Position numbers and translations under genes: made by a program | The notes under the pieces: model-generated | Told to the model about the DNA's origin: nothing | Database searches by the model: none | Seen by the model: only the letters and a program-made list of their open reading frames with translations | DNA from: a virus | Taxonomy: Duplodnaviria; Heunggongvirae; Uroviricota; Caudoviricetes | Reading direction: 5' to 3' (one strand) | Length of the DNA stretch: 64,000 nucleotides | IMG/VR virus record: IMGVR_UViG_3300036769_000253 | Shown here: piece after piece, positions 46,338 to 55,647 of the stretch | Layout of the letters: the number at the start of each line of letters is the position of its first letter | Numbering within the stretch: the stretch's first letter is position 1

Positions 46338-47834
46338 ATGAACATTTTAATGACAATTCTTCCCTTTGTACCTATTGTGCTTATTGCTCTTTTGATTATC
46401 GGAGTCTTGTGCTCTGGCTATGTAAAGTCACCGCCGGATGTCGCATTTATTATTTCTGGTATTCATAAGAAGCCCCGAATTTTGATCGGTAAAGCTGGAA
46501 TTAAAGTTCCTTTCTTTGAACGATTGGATAAGTTGTCTCTTGGTGCAATTCAGATTGACGTTAAAACAAAATCTTCTGTTCCAACAGCTGAGTACATTAA
46601 TGTAAAAGTTGATTCTACAGTTTCAGTACAGGTTGGTCGCTCTGAGGATATGATCGCACTTGCAGCCCAGAATTTCTTGAATGTTGATCGAGATACTATT
46701 GCTTCTAAGATTAATGACCTCTTGGAAGGTAATATTCGTGAGATTGTTGGTCAGATGAAACTGACTGAAATGGTATCTGACCGAAAGGCGTTCAGTGAAA
46801 AGGTTCAGGCGAATGTAGTTCCTGATCTTGCTAAGTTTGGTCTTGAACTTGTTTCTTTCAATGTTCAGAACTTTTCTGATGAAGGCAATGTTATTGATAA
46901 CTTAGGTATTGATAATGTTGAGCAGATTCGTAAGGATGCAGCAATCGCAAAGTCTAATGCACAGAGAGAAATTGCTGTTGCAGAAGCTGCTAATGCTAAG
47001 GCATCTAATGACGCCAAAGTAAAAGCTGCTGAGGAAATTGCGGTTCGTAACAATGAATTTGATATGAAACAGGCTGACTTGAAGAAGGTCGCTGATACCG
47101 CTAAAGCACAGGCAGATGCGGCAAAGGCTATTGAGGAAGAGAGACAGCGTCAGATCAGAGATGTTGCGGCAACTGAAGCTGATATTGCTCGCCAGGAGAA
47201 GCAGATTGAGTTGAAAGAGCGTGAGGTTTCTATCAAGGAACGAGCTCTGGAAGCTGAGGTTAAGAAGACTGCGGAAGCTGACAAGTATGCGGCTCAGCAG
47301 AGAGCTGATGCTCAGTTATATGCAACTCAGAAGAAATCTGAGGCAGAACTGTTTGAGAGAGCTAAGCAGGCAGAGGCTAAGAAGATCGAGGCTGAGCATG
47401 AAGCAGAAGCTAAGAAAGCTCTTGCGGAAGCTACTAAAGCTCAGGGCCTTGCGGATGCGGAAGCTCAGAGAGCAAGAGGTGAAGCAGAAGCTGCGGCTAT
47501 CAAGGCTAAAGCAGAAGCTGAAGCTGAAGGTCTGTTGAAGAAGGCTGAAGCTATGAAGCAGTATGGTGAAGCAGCTCAGATGAATATGCAGTTGGATGCT
47601 TTGAAGGTTTACTTCGAGCAGTTGCCAGCTATTGCAGAAGCAGTTGGAAGAGGATACAACAATGTAGATAAGATCTATATGTATGGTGGCGATACTTCTA
47701 AACTTGCCGGAGATATTATGACAAATGTTTCTCAGATTTCTGAGGGACTGAGCCAGTCTATGGGCATTGATATTAAATCTTTGCTTGCCGGCTTTGTTGG
47801 TGGTAAAGTTGCAACAAATAATGCTAATGATTAA
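46338..47834 (+). CDS. SPFH/band-7 flotillin-like protein
   Basis: N-terminal TM segment, SPFH core, long Ala/Glu/Lys-rich coiled coil. GC-richer than background. Confidence 0.7.
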   Translation: MNILMTILPFVPIVLIALLIIGVLCSGYVKSPPDVAFIISGIHKKPRILIGKAGIKVPFFERLDKLSLGAIQIDVKTKSSVPTAEYINVKVDSTVSVQVGRSEDMIALAAQNFLNVDRDTIASKINDLLEGNIREIVGQMKLTEMVSDRKAFSEKVQANVVPDLAKFGLELVSFNVQNFSDEGNVIDNLGIDNVEQIRKDAAIAKSNAQREIAVAEAANAKASNDAKVKAAEEIAVRNNEFDMKQADLKKVADTAKAQADAAKAIEEERQRQIRDVAATEADIARQEKQIELKEREVSIKERALEAEVKKTAEADKYAAQQRADAQLYATQKKSEAELFERAKQAEAKKIEAEHEAEAKKALAEATKAQGLADAEAQRARGEAEAAAIKAKAEAEAEGLLKKAEAMKQYGEAAQMNMQLDALKVYFEQLPAIAEAVGRGYNNVDKIYMYGGDTSKLAGDIMTNVSQISEGLSQSMGIDIKSLLAGFVGGKVATNNAND

Positions 47835-47856
47835 TTATTAAAAAGGAGAAAAATAA

Positions 47857-48114
47857 GTGCAGGTTTTTGAAGTTAATAAATATGAGATTACTCAGGAAGA
47901 TTTAGCTTTAATTGCGAGAGAAAGAGAAAGAAAAGCTGCTCATGAAAAGCTTGAAGAGGCTACTGAACAGTTTGTAAGTGCATTAAAAGCTTTTAAGAAA
48001 GCTGGAGGTAGCGTTGGAGTAAAACGAGCAGATGGAAAAACTTATATTTCTAAAGGTGGTAATACATCTTACTTTAGTGATTACATTCCTGGACATGTTA
48101 CTTTTTATTTTTAA
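47857..48114 (+). CDS. hypothetical protein (GTG start)
   Basis: ORF track. RBS AAAGGAGAAAAA. Terminator follows. Confidence 0.45.
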   Translation: MQVFEVNKYEITQEDLALIARERERKAAHEKLEEATEQFVSALKAFKKAGGSVGVKRADGKTYISKGGNTSYFSDYIPGHVTFYF

Positions 48115-48117
48115 TAT

Positions 48118-48159
48118 AAAAGCCCTATAAGGTGAAAGCCTTATAGGGCTTTTTATTTT
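48118..48159 (+). terminator. rho-independent terminator
   Basis: Hairpin AAAGCCCTATAAGG/CCTTATAGGGCTTT followed by a T-tract. Confidence 0.7.
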
Positions 48160-48306
48160 CATCCTATTGTATTCCCATGACCAACGCTAGCGACCGTTGC
48201 CGCTTAAAGATCGCGCTACCAAATTTTTTGAGCAAAATACTAACTTTTGCTTTTTTTATATTTTTATGGTATAATATAATTAGATAATTTTAAAGGAGGC
48301 ATCTAT

Positions 48307-48765
48307 ATGAAAGCTAAACTACGATTAGATAGACACCCAGAGTTTGAGTGGGATGAAGAGCATGGAGTGGCAATCTGTATGCTATCAGATGGCGTAAATA
48401 CTTTTGTAGGAACGTCAACCTGTCATCCAGATGATCGAGATATGATGAGCGAAAAAACTGGATGTAATATTGCTTTAATCCGAGCTGAGATTAAATACTT
48501 CAAGCATGTGCGTGAATATGAAATTAAACCAGCATTAAATGCTTTATATGAACTATATTATAATATGAAACATAGCAAACAATTTAATCCAAAATCTTAC
48601 GAAAATAAAATGCTATGGAGACGAATTCGTGCGAAAGAATTTGACTTAGATGTAATTAATCAGATGATAACTACAGAAAAGCAAAACTTGTCGCAGATGA
48701 TTGACGAGAAAGAAAAATTTTATCAAAGAATCCGCGCTAATAGGAATAAGGACAAATCTAATTAA
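48307..48765 (+). CDS. hypothetical protein
   Basis: ORF track. RBS AAAGGAGG. Confidence 0.5.
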   Translation: MKAKLRLDRHPEFEWDEEHGVAICMLSDGVNTFVGTSTCHPDDRDMMSEKTGCNIALIRAEIKYFKHVREYEIKPALNALYELYYNMKHSKQFNPKSYENKMLWRRIRAKEFDLDVINQMITTEKQNLSQMIDEKEKFYQRIRANRNKDKSN

Positions 48766-48823
48766 TTTATTAGCATTTTTTTTAATATATTTATATAGAA
48801 TATAAATGAGAAAGGAAGAAAAA

Positions 48824-49087
48824 ATGCTTTATTATTTTATTCTTGGAGTATTATTTGTAGAAGTAATATTCCCACTACTAGATTGTATGGCAACTGTAAT
48901 CGCAGCGCTATTGGAGGTGTTTAAAGGAAAGTGTTCTGTTAAATTGACAGAATATAATTGTCAAATCCAAAAGTTAAGTAAAGGATTAGAATCGGACGAC
49001 TCTGAAACTAGAGTTATTGGATTTGCAGTAAATAATATAGCCGAAGAAGCGGAGGATGAAGATGGCGATGAACCAGAAGAAGACTAA
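48824..49087 (+). CDS. small membrane protein
   Basis: ATG at codon 7 of ORF 48806 with RBS GAAAGGAAGAAAA. Confidence 0.4.
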   Translation: MLYYFILGVLFVEVIFPLLDCMATVIAALLEVFKGKCSVKLTEYNCQIQKLSKGLESDDSETRVIGFAVNNIAEEAEDEDGDEPEED

Positions 49088-50321
49088 ATTTTATGATACT
49101 TGTAGCCTGTTAATGAAAGTAGATAGATTATTTAATGATGAAAATGAACATATTGTCATCACTGATATCACTTTAAATGAATTGGAAAATATTAAAACTT
49201 CCAATAGAAAAGATATAGATACTAAATTTGCGGCCCGCAGATTACTTCATTTATTAGATCAAAATGACGATAAATATGATGTCTTTGTTTATAAAAAAAG
49301 TTATTCTCTTATTCTTGAATCTTGTTTTGATATAACGCCAGATATTAAAATTTTATCTTGTGTATTATATTATCAAAAAATGCAAGATAAAGATGTTATT
49401 TTTGTAACAAATGACCTTTCTTTAAAAAATATCGCTAAATTATATCTCAATAACGTAGAATCTGAAGTTGAAGGAATTTCAGATGGATATACAGGTTATA
49501 TAGATGTTTATATGGATGAAGAAGAAATGTCTAAATTTTATTCAAATCCTACTAAAAATTTATATAATTTAGAGATTAATCAATATATAAATGTCTATGA
49601 CAGTAATAAAAATTTAGTAGATACACTAGTATGGATTGGCGATGGATATAGAGCTTTAAGTTTTCAAAATTTTGAATCTAAATGGTTTGGTAAAATTAAA
49701 CCAATTAAAGGAGATATTTATCAATCTCTTTTAGCAGATAGTTTTTCACATAATACGATTACTCTTGTTAAAGGTCCCGCAGGATCTGGAAAAACTTATC
49801 TGTCTCTTGGATTCTTAATGTATCAACTAGAACGTGGTAAAATTGATAAAATTATAGTCTTTTGTAATACTGTAGCCACTAAGAATTCAGCTAAACTAGG
49901 TTATTTACCAGGAACTCGAGATGAAAAATTACTTGATTCTCAAATTGGTAATCTACTTATTAGTAAATTAGGTGGCAGAATTGCAGTAGAACAAATGATT
50001 GATGAAGAAAAATTAGTTTTATTACCTCTATCTGATATTCGAGGATATGATACGAGTGGAATGAATGCTGGTATCTATATTTCTGAAGCTCAAAATTTGG
50101 ATATCAGTTTAATGAAACTTGCTTTACAAAGAGTTGGAAGTGACAGCATATGTATTATTGACGGTGATGAAAAAACTCAGGTTGATGATATTAGCTTTGC
50201 CGGAGTTAATAATGGTATGCGAAGAGTTTCTAAAATCTTTAGAGGAAAAGATATATATGGAGAAGTTGAACTTAAACATATTCATAGATCTAAAATTGCT
50301 ACAATCGCAGAACTTATGTAA
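49056..50321 (+). CDS. PhoH-like ATPase with N-terminal PIN domain (YlaK-like)
   Basis: Walker A GPAGSGKT. PIN-like N-terminal third. Terminator follows. Confidence 0.7.
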   Translation: MKMAMNQKKTKFYDTCSLLMKVDRLFNDENEHIVITDITLNELENIKTSNRKDIDTKFAARRLLHLLDQNDDKYDVFVYKKSYSLILESCFDITPDIKILSCVLYYQKMQDKDVIFVTNDLSLKNIAKLYLNNVESEVEGISDGYTGYIDVYMDEEEMSKFYSNPTKNLYNLEINQYINVYDSNKNLVDTLVWIGDGYRALSFQNFESKWFGKIKPIKGDIYQSLLADSFSHNTITLVKGPAGSGKTYLSLGFLMYQLERGKIDKIIVFCNTVATKNSAKLGYLPGTRDEKLLDSQIGNLLISKLGGRIAVEQMIDEEKLVLLPLSDIRGYDTSGMNAGIYISEAQNLDISLMKLALQRVGSDSICIIDGDEKTQVDDISFAGVNNGMRRVSKIFRGKDIYGEVELKHIHRSKIATIAELM

Positions 50322-50325
50322 AAGA

Positions 50326-50352
50326 AAAGACCTCATTAGAGGTCTTTTTTTA
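50326..50352 (+). terminator. rho-independent terminator
   Basis: Hairpin AAGACCTC/GAGGTCTT followed by TTTTTT. Confidence 0.65.
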
Positions 50353-50376
50353 TTATAAAAAAAAGGAGGAAAACAT

Positions 50377-52095
50377 ATGGCTTTAAAAGGCTCAACGACA
50401 GAAGAACAAATTTGGAATTATCTTATTTCAAAAGGTTTAAATGAGTATGGTGCCGCAGGTTTAATGGGAAATCTATATGCAGAATCCGGATTAAAATCAA
50501 ATAATCTTGAAAACTTGTGTGAAACCAGGCTCAAACAAGCCGGAAAAACATATTGCACAGATGTATTATATACAGCAGCGGTTGATGATGGAACAATTAC
50601 AAGAGCAGAATTTTTAAATCCGCTTCCAGGTAAACAATATGGTTATGGATTAGCTCAATGGACCAGTGCAGGAAGAAAAGGTGGTCTTTATGATTTAGTT
50701 AAAAGTAAGAAAGTATCTATTGCAGATTTAGAAACTCAATTAGAGTGGCTTTTAACTGAATTAAAAGCTTCTTACAGCACAGTTTATAACACTTTAAAAA
50801 CTGCAACAAGTGTAAAAGAAGCTTCTGATATTGTATTAAAAAAATTTGAAAGTCCATCAGATACAGGAACTACAATGCAAAATACAAGAGCTAATTATGG
50901 AATGAAATATTATGATGCATATGTAACAAAGAAGGAGGAAAATACAGTGGCTACAACAACTTCAACAAATTATTCTAAATATATTAATTCAACTGGAACT
51001 CATTATATTTCCAATAGTGGACATGATGAAAATAATAAATATAAAGGTGGCTCAGCAGGTGACCAAACTGGAGAAGAATGGTATTTACGTTCATGGTATA
51101 ATAGACCTTGGAATTGTGTTTTAAGATATGAAAAAGATGCTAATGTAGGTCAAAAACTTGCGGAATTAGGATGCGCGGCCGCATTAAATAATAATATTGG
51201 ATATGATCAAAATGAAAGATATACTTATTGGACACAGCTTCAAAAAGTAAATTATGATCCATCTAAAATTACAACTAAATGTGAAGCAGACTGCTCTGCC
51301 GGCGTTATTGCAAATACAAAAGCAGTCGGATATTTATTAGGAATTTCTGCACTTAAAAACATCTCTGCAACTTATACTGGAGATATGAGAAAAGCTTATA
51401 AAGCAGCTGGCTTTACGGTATTAACAGATAGTAAATATTTAACTGGAACTGCTTATTTATTACCAGGTGATATTTTACTTAATGATGAACATCACACTGC
51501 AACAAATGTCACTAAAGGATCTAAAGCTACAACAACAACTACTACCACTACAACCGCAACAACTACAGTTGAAAATAACTCATATGTTGGAAAAGGCATT
51601 GGAACTGCAATTGCGCAGACTGAAATGAATATTCGTGCGCAAGCAAATACTAGTAGCCTTGTAGTAGGAACCATTTCTAAAGGAACTAAAGTTGAAGTTC
51701 TTAGTGTTTCTAATGGATGGTATAAAATTGTTTGGTCTGGAGTATCTTGCGGATATGCATATACTTCTAATACAACAGGAACTTATTATTCTTATACAAC
51801 CAAAACTACAACAACTACTACTACATCAGCTACAACTAAAAAAACTGCTACGAATGGAGCTGATTCTAAAAATAGTAGTTATGCTGGTTCTTATCAAACT
51901 ACAGCTGATTTGAATATTAGAAATGGAGCAGGAACAAATAACTCCATAATGGTAACAATTCCAAAAGGAACTACAGTTCAAAATTATGGTTATTATTCTA
52001 ATTCTAATGGAACTCCTTGGTTATATGTGCAATTTACATATAATAAAGTAGTTTATACTGGATTTGCATCTAAAAAATATTTAAAGAAGGTGTAA
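50377..52095 (+). CDS. peptidoglycan hydrolase (phage tail-lysozyme-like N-terminal domain, Thr-rich linkers, SH3-like C-terminal repeats)
   Basis: GLMGNLYAESGL ... YGYGLAQWT lysozyme-like segment. poly-Thr linkers. RBS AAAAGGAGGAAAA. Confidence 0.65.
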   Translation: MALKGSTTEEQIWNYLISKGLNEYGAAGLMGNLYAESGLKSNNLENLCETRLKQAGKTYCTDVLYTAAVDDGTITRAEFLNPLPGKQYGYGLAQWTSAGRKGGLYDLVKSKKVSIADLETQLEWLLTELKASYSTVYNTLKTATSVKEASDIVLKKFESPSDTGTTMQNTRANYGMKYYDAYVTKKEENTVATTTSTNYSKYINSTGTHYISNSGHDENNKYKGGSAGDQTGEEWYLRSWYNRPWNCVLRYEKDANVGQKLAELGCAAALNNNIGYDQNERYTYWTQLQKVNYDPSKITTKCEADCSAGVIANTKAVGYLLGISALKNISATYTGDMRKAYKAAGFTVLTDSKYLTGTAYLLPGDILLNDEHHTATNVTKGSKATTTTTTTTTATTTVENNSYVGKGIGTAIAQTEMNIRAQANTSSLVVGTISKGTKVEVLSVSNGWYKIVWSGVSCGYAYTSNTTGTYYSYTTKTTTTTTTSATTKKTATNGADSKNSSYAGSYQTTADLNIRNGAGTNNSIMVTIPKGTTVQNYGYYSNSNGTPWLYVQFTYNKVVYTGFASKKYLKKV

Positions 52096-52096
52096 T

Positions 52097-52462
52097 ATGT
52101 CCTATTATTATGATAGTGGAAGAACTCATAAGAGTTCTTCCACAAAAAGATCTTCCAATAGACGAAGAAAAAAACAAACAGAATTTTCTAAAATTCTTCT
52201 TATTCAAGAGTCAATTCTTATTTGGATAATTACTCTTAGTTTTATTTTCTTAGCTTTTTTCTGTGTTATAAATAGTTATTTTGGTGAACTTCCTTGGCTT
52301 GCCGCAATGGTATCTTTCCCTTGGGGAGCTTATGGAGTGAGTCAGGCTTTTTATTATAAAAAAGCAACAGCGGAAAATACCAAAGAAGGCATCAAATATG
52401 AAACTACTATGGAACAATTAAAAATGGAACAAGAGGTCGAAGCTGAGGAAGCTGAAGGCTAA
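52097..52462 (+). CDS. holin-like membrane protein (putative)
   Basis: Two TM helices. Lies immediately downstream of the lysin. Terminator follows. Confidence 0.35.
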   Translation: MSYYYDSGRTHKSSSTKRSSNRRRKKQTEFSKILLIQESILIWIITLSFIFLAFFCVINSYFGELPWLAAMVSFPWGAYGVSQAFYYKKATAENTKEGIKYETTMEQLKMEQEVEAEEAEG

Positions 52463-52469
52463 AATATCT

Positions 52470-52512
52470 ACCCTAGTAAAAATCAAATGATTTTTACTAG
52501 GGCTTTTTTTGT
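52470..52512 (+). terminator. rho-independent terminator
   Basis: Hairpin CCCTAGTAAAAATCA/TGATTTTTACTAGGG followed by CTTTTTTT. Confidence 0.7.
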
Positions 52513-52740
52513 TTTATGCCCTTAGAAAAATCGAGTTGATTTTTAAAGAAAAATTATGTATAATATATAATATGAAAGGATGAATAAAAATGTTTAATAA
52601 AAAGAAGAAAAAAGAAGAAAAGGAAGTATCTCTTTATTGGAAACAATATCTAGTTACAGGTCTTGAGGATGGATGGATTAAATATAAAAGAAAGACTTGG
52701 AAAGATTATATACGTTTTAAAAAAGAGTTGGAGGAATTAA

Positions 52741-54273
52741 ATGGCAGATAAAGAAACTAAAATGAATTATGGTGTAGAGGATATTAAAACTCTTGAAGGC
52801 ATTGAAGCTATTCGACTTAGACCAGGAATGTATATCGGTTCAGTTGGTCCAGAAGGAGTTAGACATATTACTCTTGAAATTATCTCAAATGCAGTAGATG
52901 AATATTTGAATGGATTTTGTACTGAATGTAAAGTTCAAGTGGGTGATCTTGATAAAGGAGAATTTATTGTTATTACTGATAATGGTAGAGGAGTTCCTTT
53001 TGGAGAAGCAGAAGATGGATCTGAAACACTTGTAAATATTTACACAAAGCTTCATACAGGAGCAAAATTTGATAGTTCTGGAAAAACTGGATATAATACA
53101 TCTGGAGGAATGAATGGTGTTGGAGCAAAAGCGACTAATGCTCTTTCTGAATTATTTAGTGTAAGTTCAGCAAGAGATGGAAAACTTGCTTTAGCATCTT
53201 TTAAAAAGGGACAACTTGTAAAATTCAAAACTGAGGATTGGCGAAAAGATGATCATGGAACTTCCATTCAGTTTAGACCAGATCCAGAGATTTTTAAAGA
53301 AGGAATTGATATTTCCTATGATTCTTTAAGAAATCAGTTACAAGAATTAGCTTATCTTTCTCCTGGGTTAACTTTTAAATTAACTTATAAAGATAAACCA
53401 GAAGAGATTATTGTATCAAAGAATGGAATCCTTGATTATATTGAAGATTTAAATAAGAATAAACAAACAATAACTTCTACTTTTTATGCGGAAAGTAGTG
53501 AAGATAGAATTGGCGTAAAAATGGCAATGGTTTATAATACAACTTATTCTGATACATATAAGTTGTTTACAAACTCAATTCCGAATACTGGTGGAACACA
53601 TCTTACAGGTTTTAGAACTGCGCTCACACAGACAATTAATGAGTATGCTAGAGAGAAGAAGCTTCTTAAAGAGAAAGATGCTAATATATCTGGCGATGAA
53701 CTAAAAGAAGGATTAGTTTTAGTTCTTTCTTTTATTATGCCAGATCCAGTATTTTCTGGTCAGACAAAGGAAGTCCTTTCCAGTAGTGAAGCAAGAACAA
53801 TGGTTCAAAGATTAACTTCTAAAGAGATTAAAATTTGGCTTGATTCACATCCGAATGATGCAAAAGCAATTATTGAAAAAGCATTATTAGCACGAGCGGC
53901 TAGAGAAAAAGCTAAAAAAGCAAAAGAGACAGTTCGTAAACAGGATGCTAAAAAGAGAACTGTATTACCTGGAACTTTGGCAGATGCAAGTTCTAAAAAA
54001 CGTTCTGAATGTGAAGTCTTTATTGTAGAAGGAAAATCTGCTGCAGGCACTACAAAGGAAGCTCGTGATAGAGGAACTCAAGCAGTATTGCCAGTAAGAG
54101 GTAAAATCCTTAACACACTTAAAGTTGATCTTCATAAGGCTCTTGGAAACCAAGAGATCAATGCAATGATTGATGCTTTTGGATTGGAAATTAAAGATGG
54201 AAAAGTAATTGTTGATGAATCAAAATTACGATATGGAAAAATTATTATTACTGCTGATGCAGATGTAGATGGT
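52741..54273 (+). CDS. gyrB: type II topoisomerase B subunit (GyrB / T4 gp39-like), exon 1 (ATPase plus Toprim)
   Basis: GHKL ATPase motifs (EIISNAVDE, ITDNGRGVP). Exon ends at the conserved DADVDG. The ORF-track extension beyond 54273 is intron read-through. Confidence 0.8.
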
Positions 54274-54555
54274 CAAATGTGGGCCAATGAAAAACTTTTC
54301 GCTTTATCAGGCGGGTATTAAATTTAGTAGAAATTTAATGCTAACGGGGAAAGGTTATATACTCAATCCCGTGGGAAACTTATATTATTTATAAGATAAT
54401 ATTTGAACCTGTATCGACTATCCCCTAGGCCTTCTGGGCGGGGGAGTACCGGTGCTATTGATACGCACTCAGTTTTTAGGAAACGAAGACTGTTAAAAGG
54501 GGAAATGGTTTCCTTTCTTATTAAGAAAGTAAAAGATAGTCAGTCCTAATAGATG
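54274..54555 (+). other. group I-like self-splicing intron (ORF-less) in gyrB
   Basis: Splits the invariant GyrB sequence DADVDG|SHIR. Follows an exon-terminal U and ends in G. About 75% identical to the element at 62373..62647. Confidence 0.65.
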
Positions 54556-54945
54556 TCACATATTCGTATTTTATTCTTAACTTTTATCTGGAAATTTGCG
54601 CCAGAATTAATTGAAAAAGGATATATTTATGCGGCAGTGCCTCCACTTTATAAAATTACTCAGGGTACAAAAATTCAGTATTTAAAAGATGATGCAGCTC
54701 TTGCAGAATTCAGAAAATCAGCTACAAAATCTTTTGAACTAGGCCGAATGAAAGGTCTAGGTGAGATGGATGCCCATGAAATGGCAGAAACTGTAATGAA
54801 TCCAGAAACTAGAACTCTTAAAAAGATTACTATGGGAGATGTAGCTGAAGTAGCAAATACTTTTATTAGCCTTATGGGTGAATCAGTAACCCCACGTAAG
54901 CAGTTCATTACTGAAAATGCATGGAGGGCAAACGTTGATATATAA
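54556..54945 (+). CDS. gyrB: type II topoisomerase B subunit, exon 2 (C-terminal SHIR...PPLYKI...GLGEM region)
   Basis: Resumes the conserved GyrB sequence SHIRILFLTF in frame after a 282-nt intron. Confidence 0.75.
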   Translation, partial: SHIRILFLTFIWKFAPELIEKGYIYAAVPPLYKITQGTKIQYLKDDAALAEFRKSATKSFELGRMKGLGEMDAHEMAETVMNPETRTLKKITMGDVAEVANTFISLMGESVTPRKQFITENAWRANVDI

Positions 54946-55168
54946 AACAAACAAAATAAATGTAAATAAAGGTGATGTTATTGTACTTACCTTTTATTCA
55001 GGAGAAGAAAATGATCTTGACACTATCAAAAAATGCGTAGACATATGGTCTGAGGTTTTTCCAAATAATTATATTATAGTGAATTTTGACACTCTTGTCA
55101 AATCAGTCGACGTAATATCTCCATCAGAATATGAAGCAAATGAATTTTTAAAATCCAAAAGGAGCTAA
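54917..55168 (+). CDS. hypothetical protein (probably starts at TTG 54935 after the GGAGGG RBS)
   Basis: ORF track. The first 29 nt overlap gyrB exon 2. Confidence 0.35.
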   Translation: MHGGQTLIYKTNKINVNKGDVIVLTFYSGEENDLDTIKKCVDIWSEVFPNNYIIVNFDTLVKSVDVISPSEYEANEFLKSKRS

Positions 55169-55169
55169 A

Positions 55170-55637
55170 ATGATTATATATACAGATGGAAGTGCCCACC
55201 CAAATCCCGGACCAGGAGGATTTGGGGTGGTCATACTTGACAATGATGAAAATTTAATTTATAATTATAGTAAACAAACAAAAGAAGAAACAACAAATAA
55301 TAGAGAAGAATTAAAAGCTATTTTATATGCAATGCTAAAACATGGGTCTAAAAATAAACCACCAACAGTATATAGCGATTCAGCTTATTGCGTGAACACT
55401 TTTACTAATTGGATGTTTAGTTGGCAAAAAAATGGTTGGATTAAATCTACAGGTGGAACCCCAGAAAATTTAGACTTAATCCAATCTTATTATGAATGGT
55501 ATGAAAAAGGTTTTAGGATTAATCTTCAAAAAATTAAAGGTCATGCAGGTCATGAATGGAATGAAATGGCTGATAAATTAGCAACAGGGAAAATAAAACC
55601 AAATAATTATTTAGATGAAGTATTAAATAAGTATTAA
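55170..55637 (+). CDS. rnhA: ribonuclease HI
   Basis: YTDGS ... E ... D ... H..D catalytic pattern. 155 aa. Confidence 0.8.
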   Translation: MIIYTDGSAHPNPGPGGFGVVILDNDENLIYNYSKQTKEETTNNREELKAILYAMLKHGSKNKPPTVYSDSAYCVNTFTNWMFSWQKNGWIKSTGGTPENLDLIQSYYEWYEKGFRINLQKIKGHAGHEWNEMADKLATGKIKPNNYLDEVLNKY

Positions 55638-55647
55638 GGAGATATAT

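Noticed and set aside
47221-47538. ORF 47221..47538 (+) with Arg/Leu-rich translation
   Set aside because: It is an alternative frame inside the flotillin coiled-coil region (GC-rich GCTGAAGC repeats). The flotillin frame carries the SPFH domain.
54274-54321. C-terminal extension QMWANEKLFALSGGY of the gyrB ORF
   Set aside because: It lies beyond the invariant DADVDG, and the conserved SHIR continuation is found 282 nt downstream. The extension is intron read-through.
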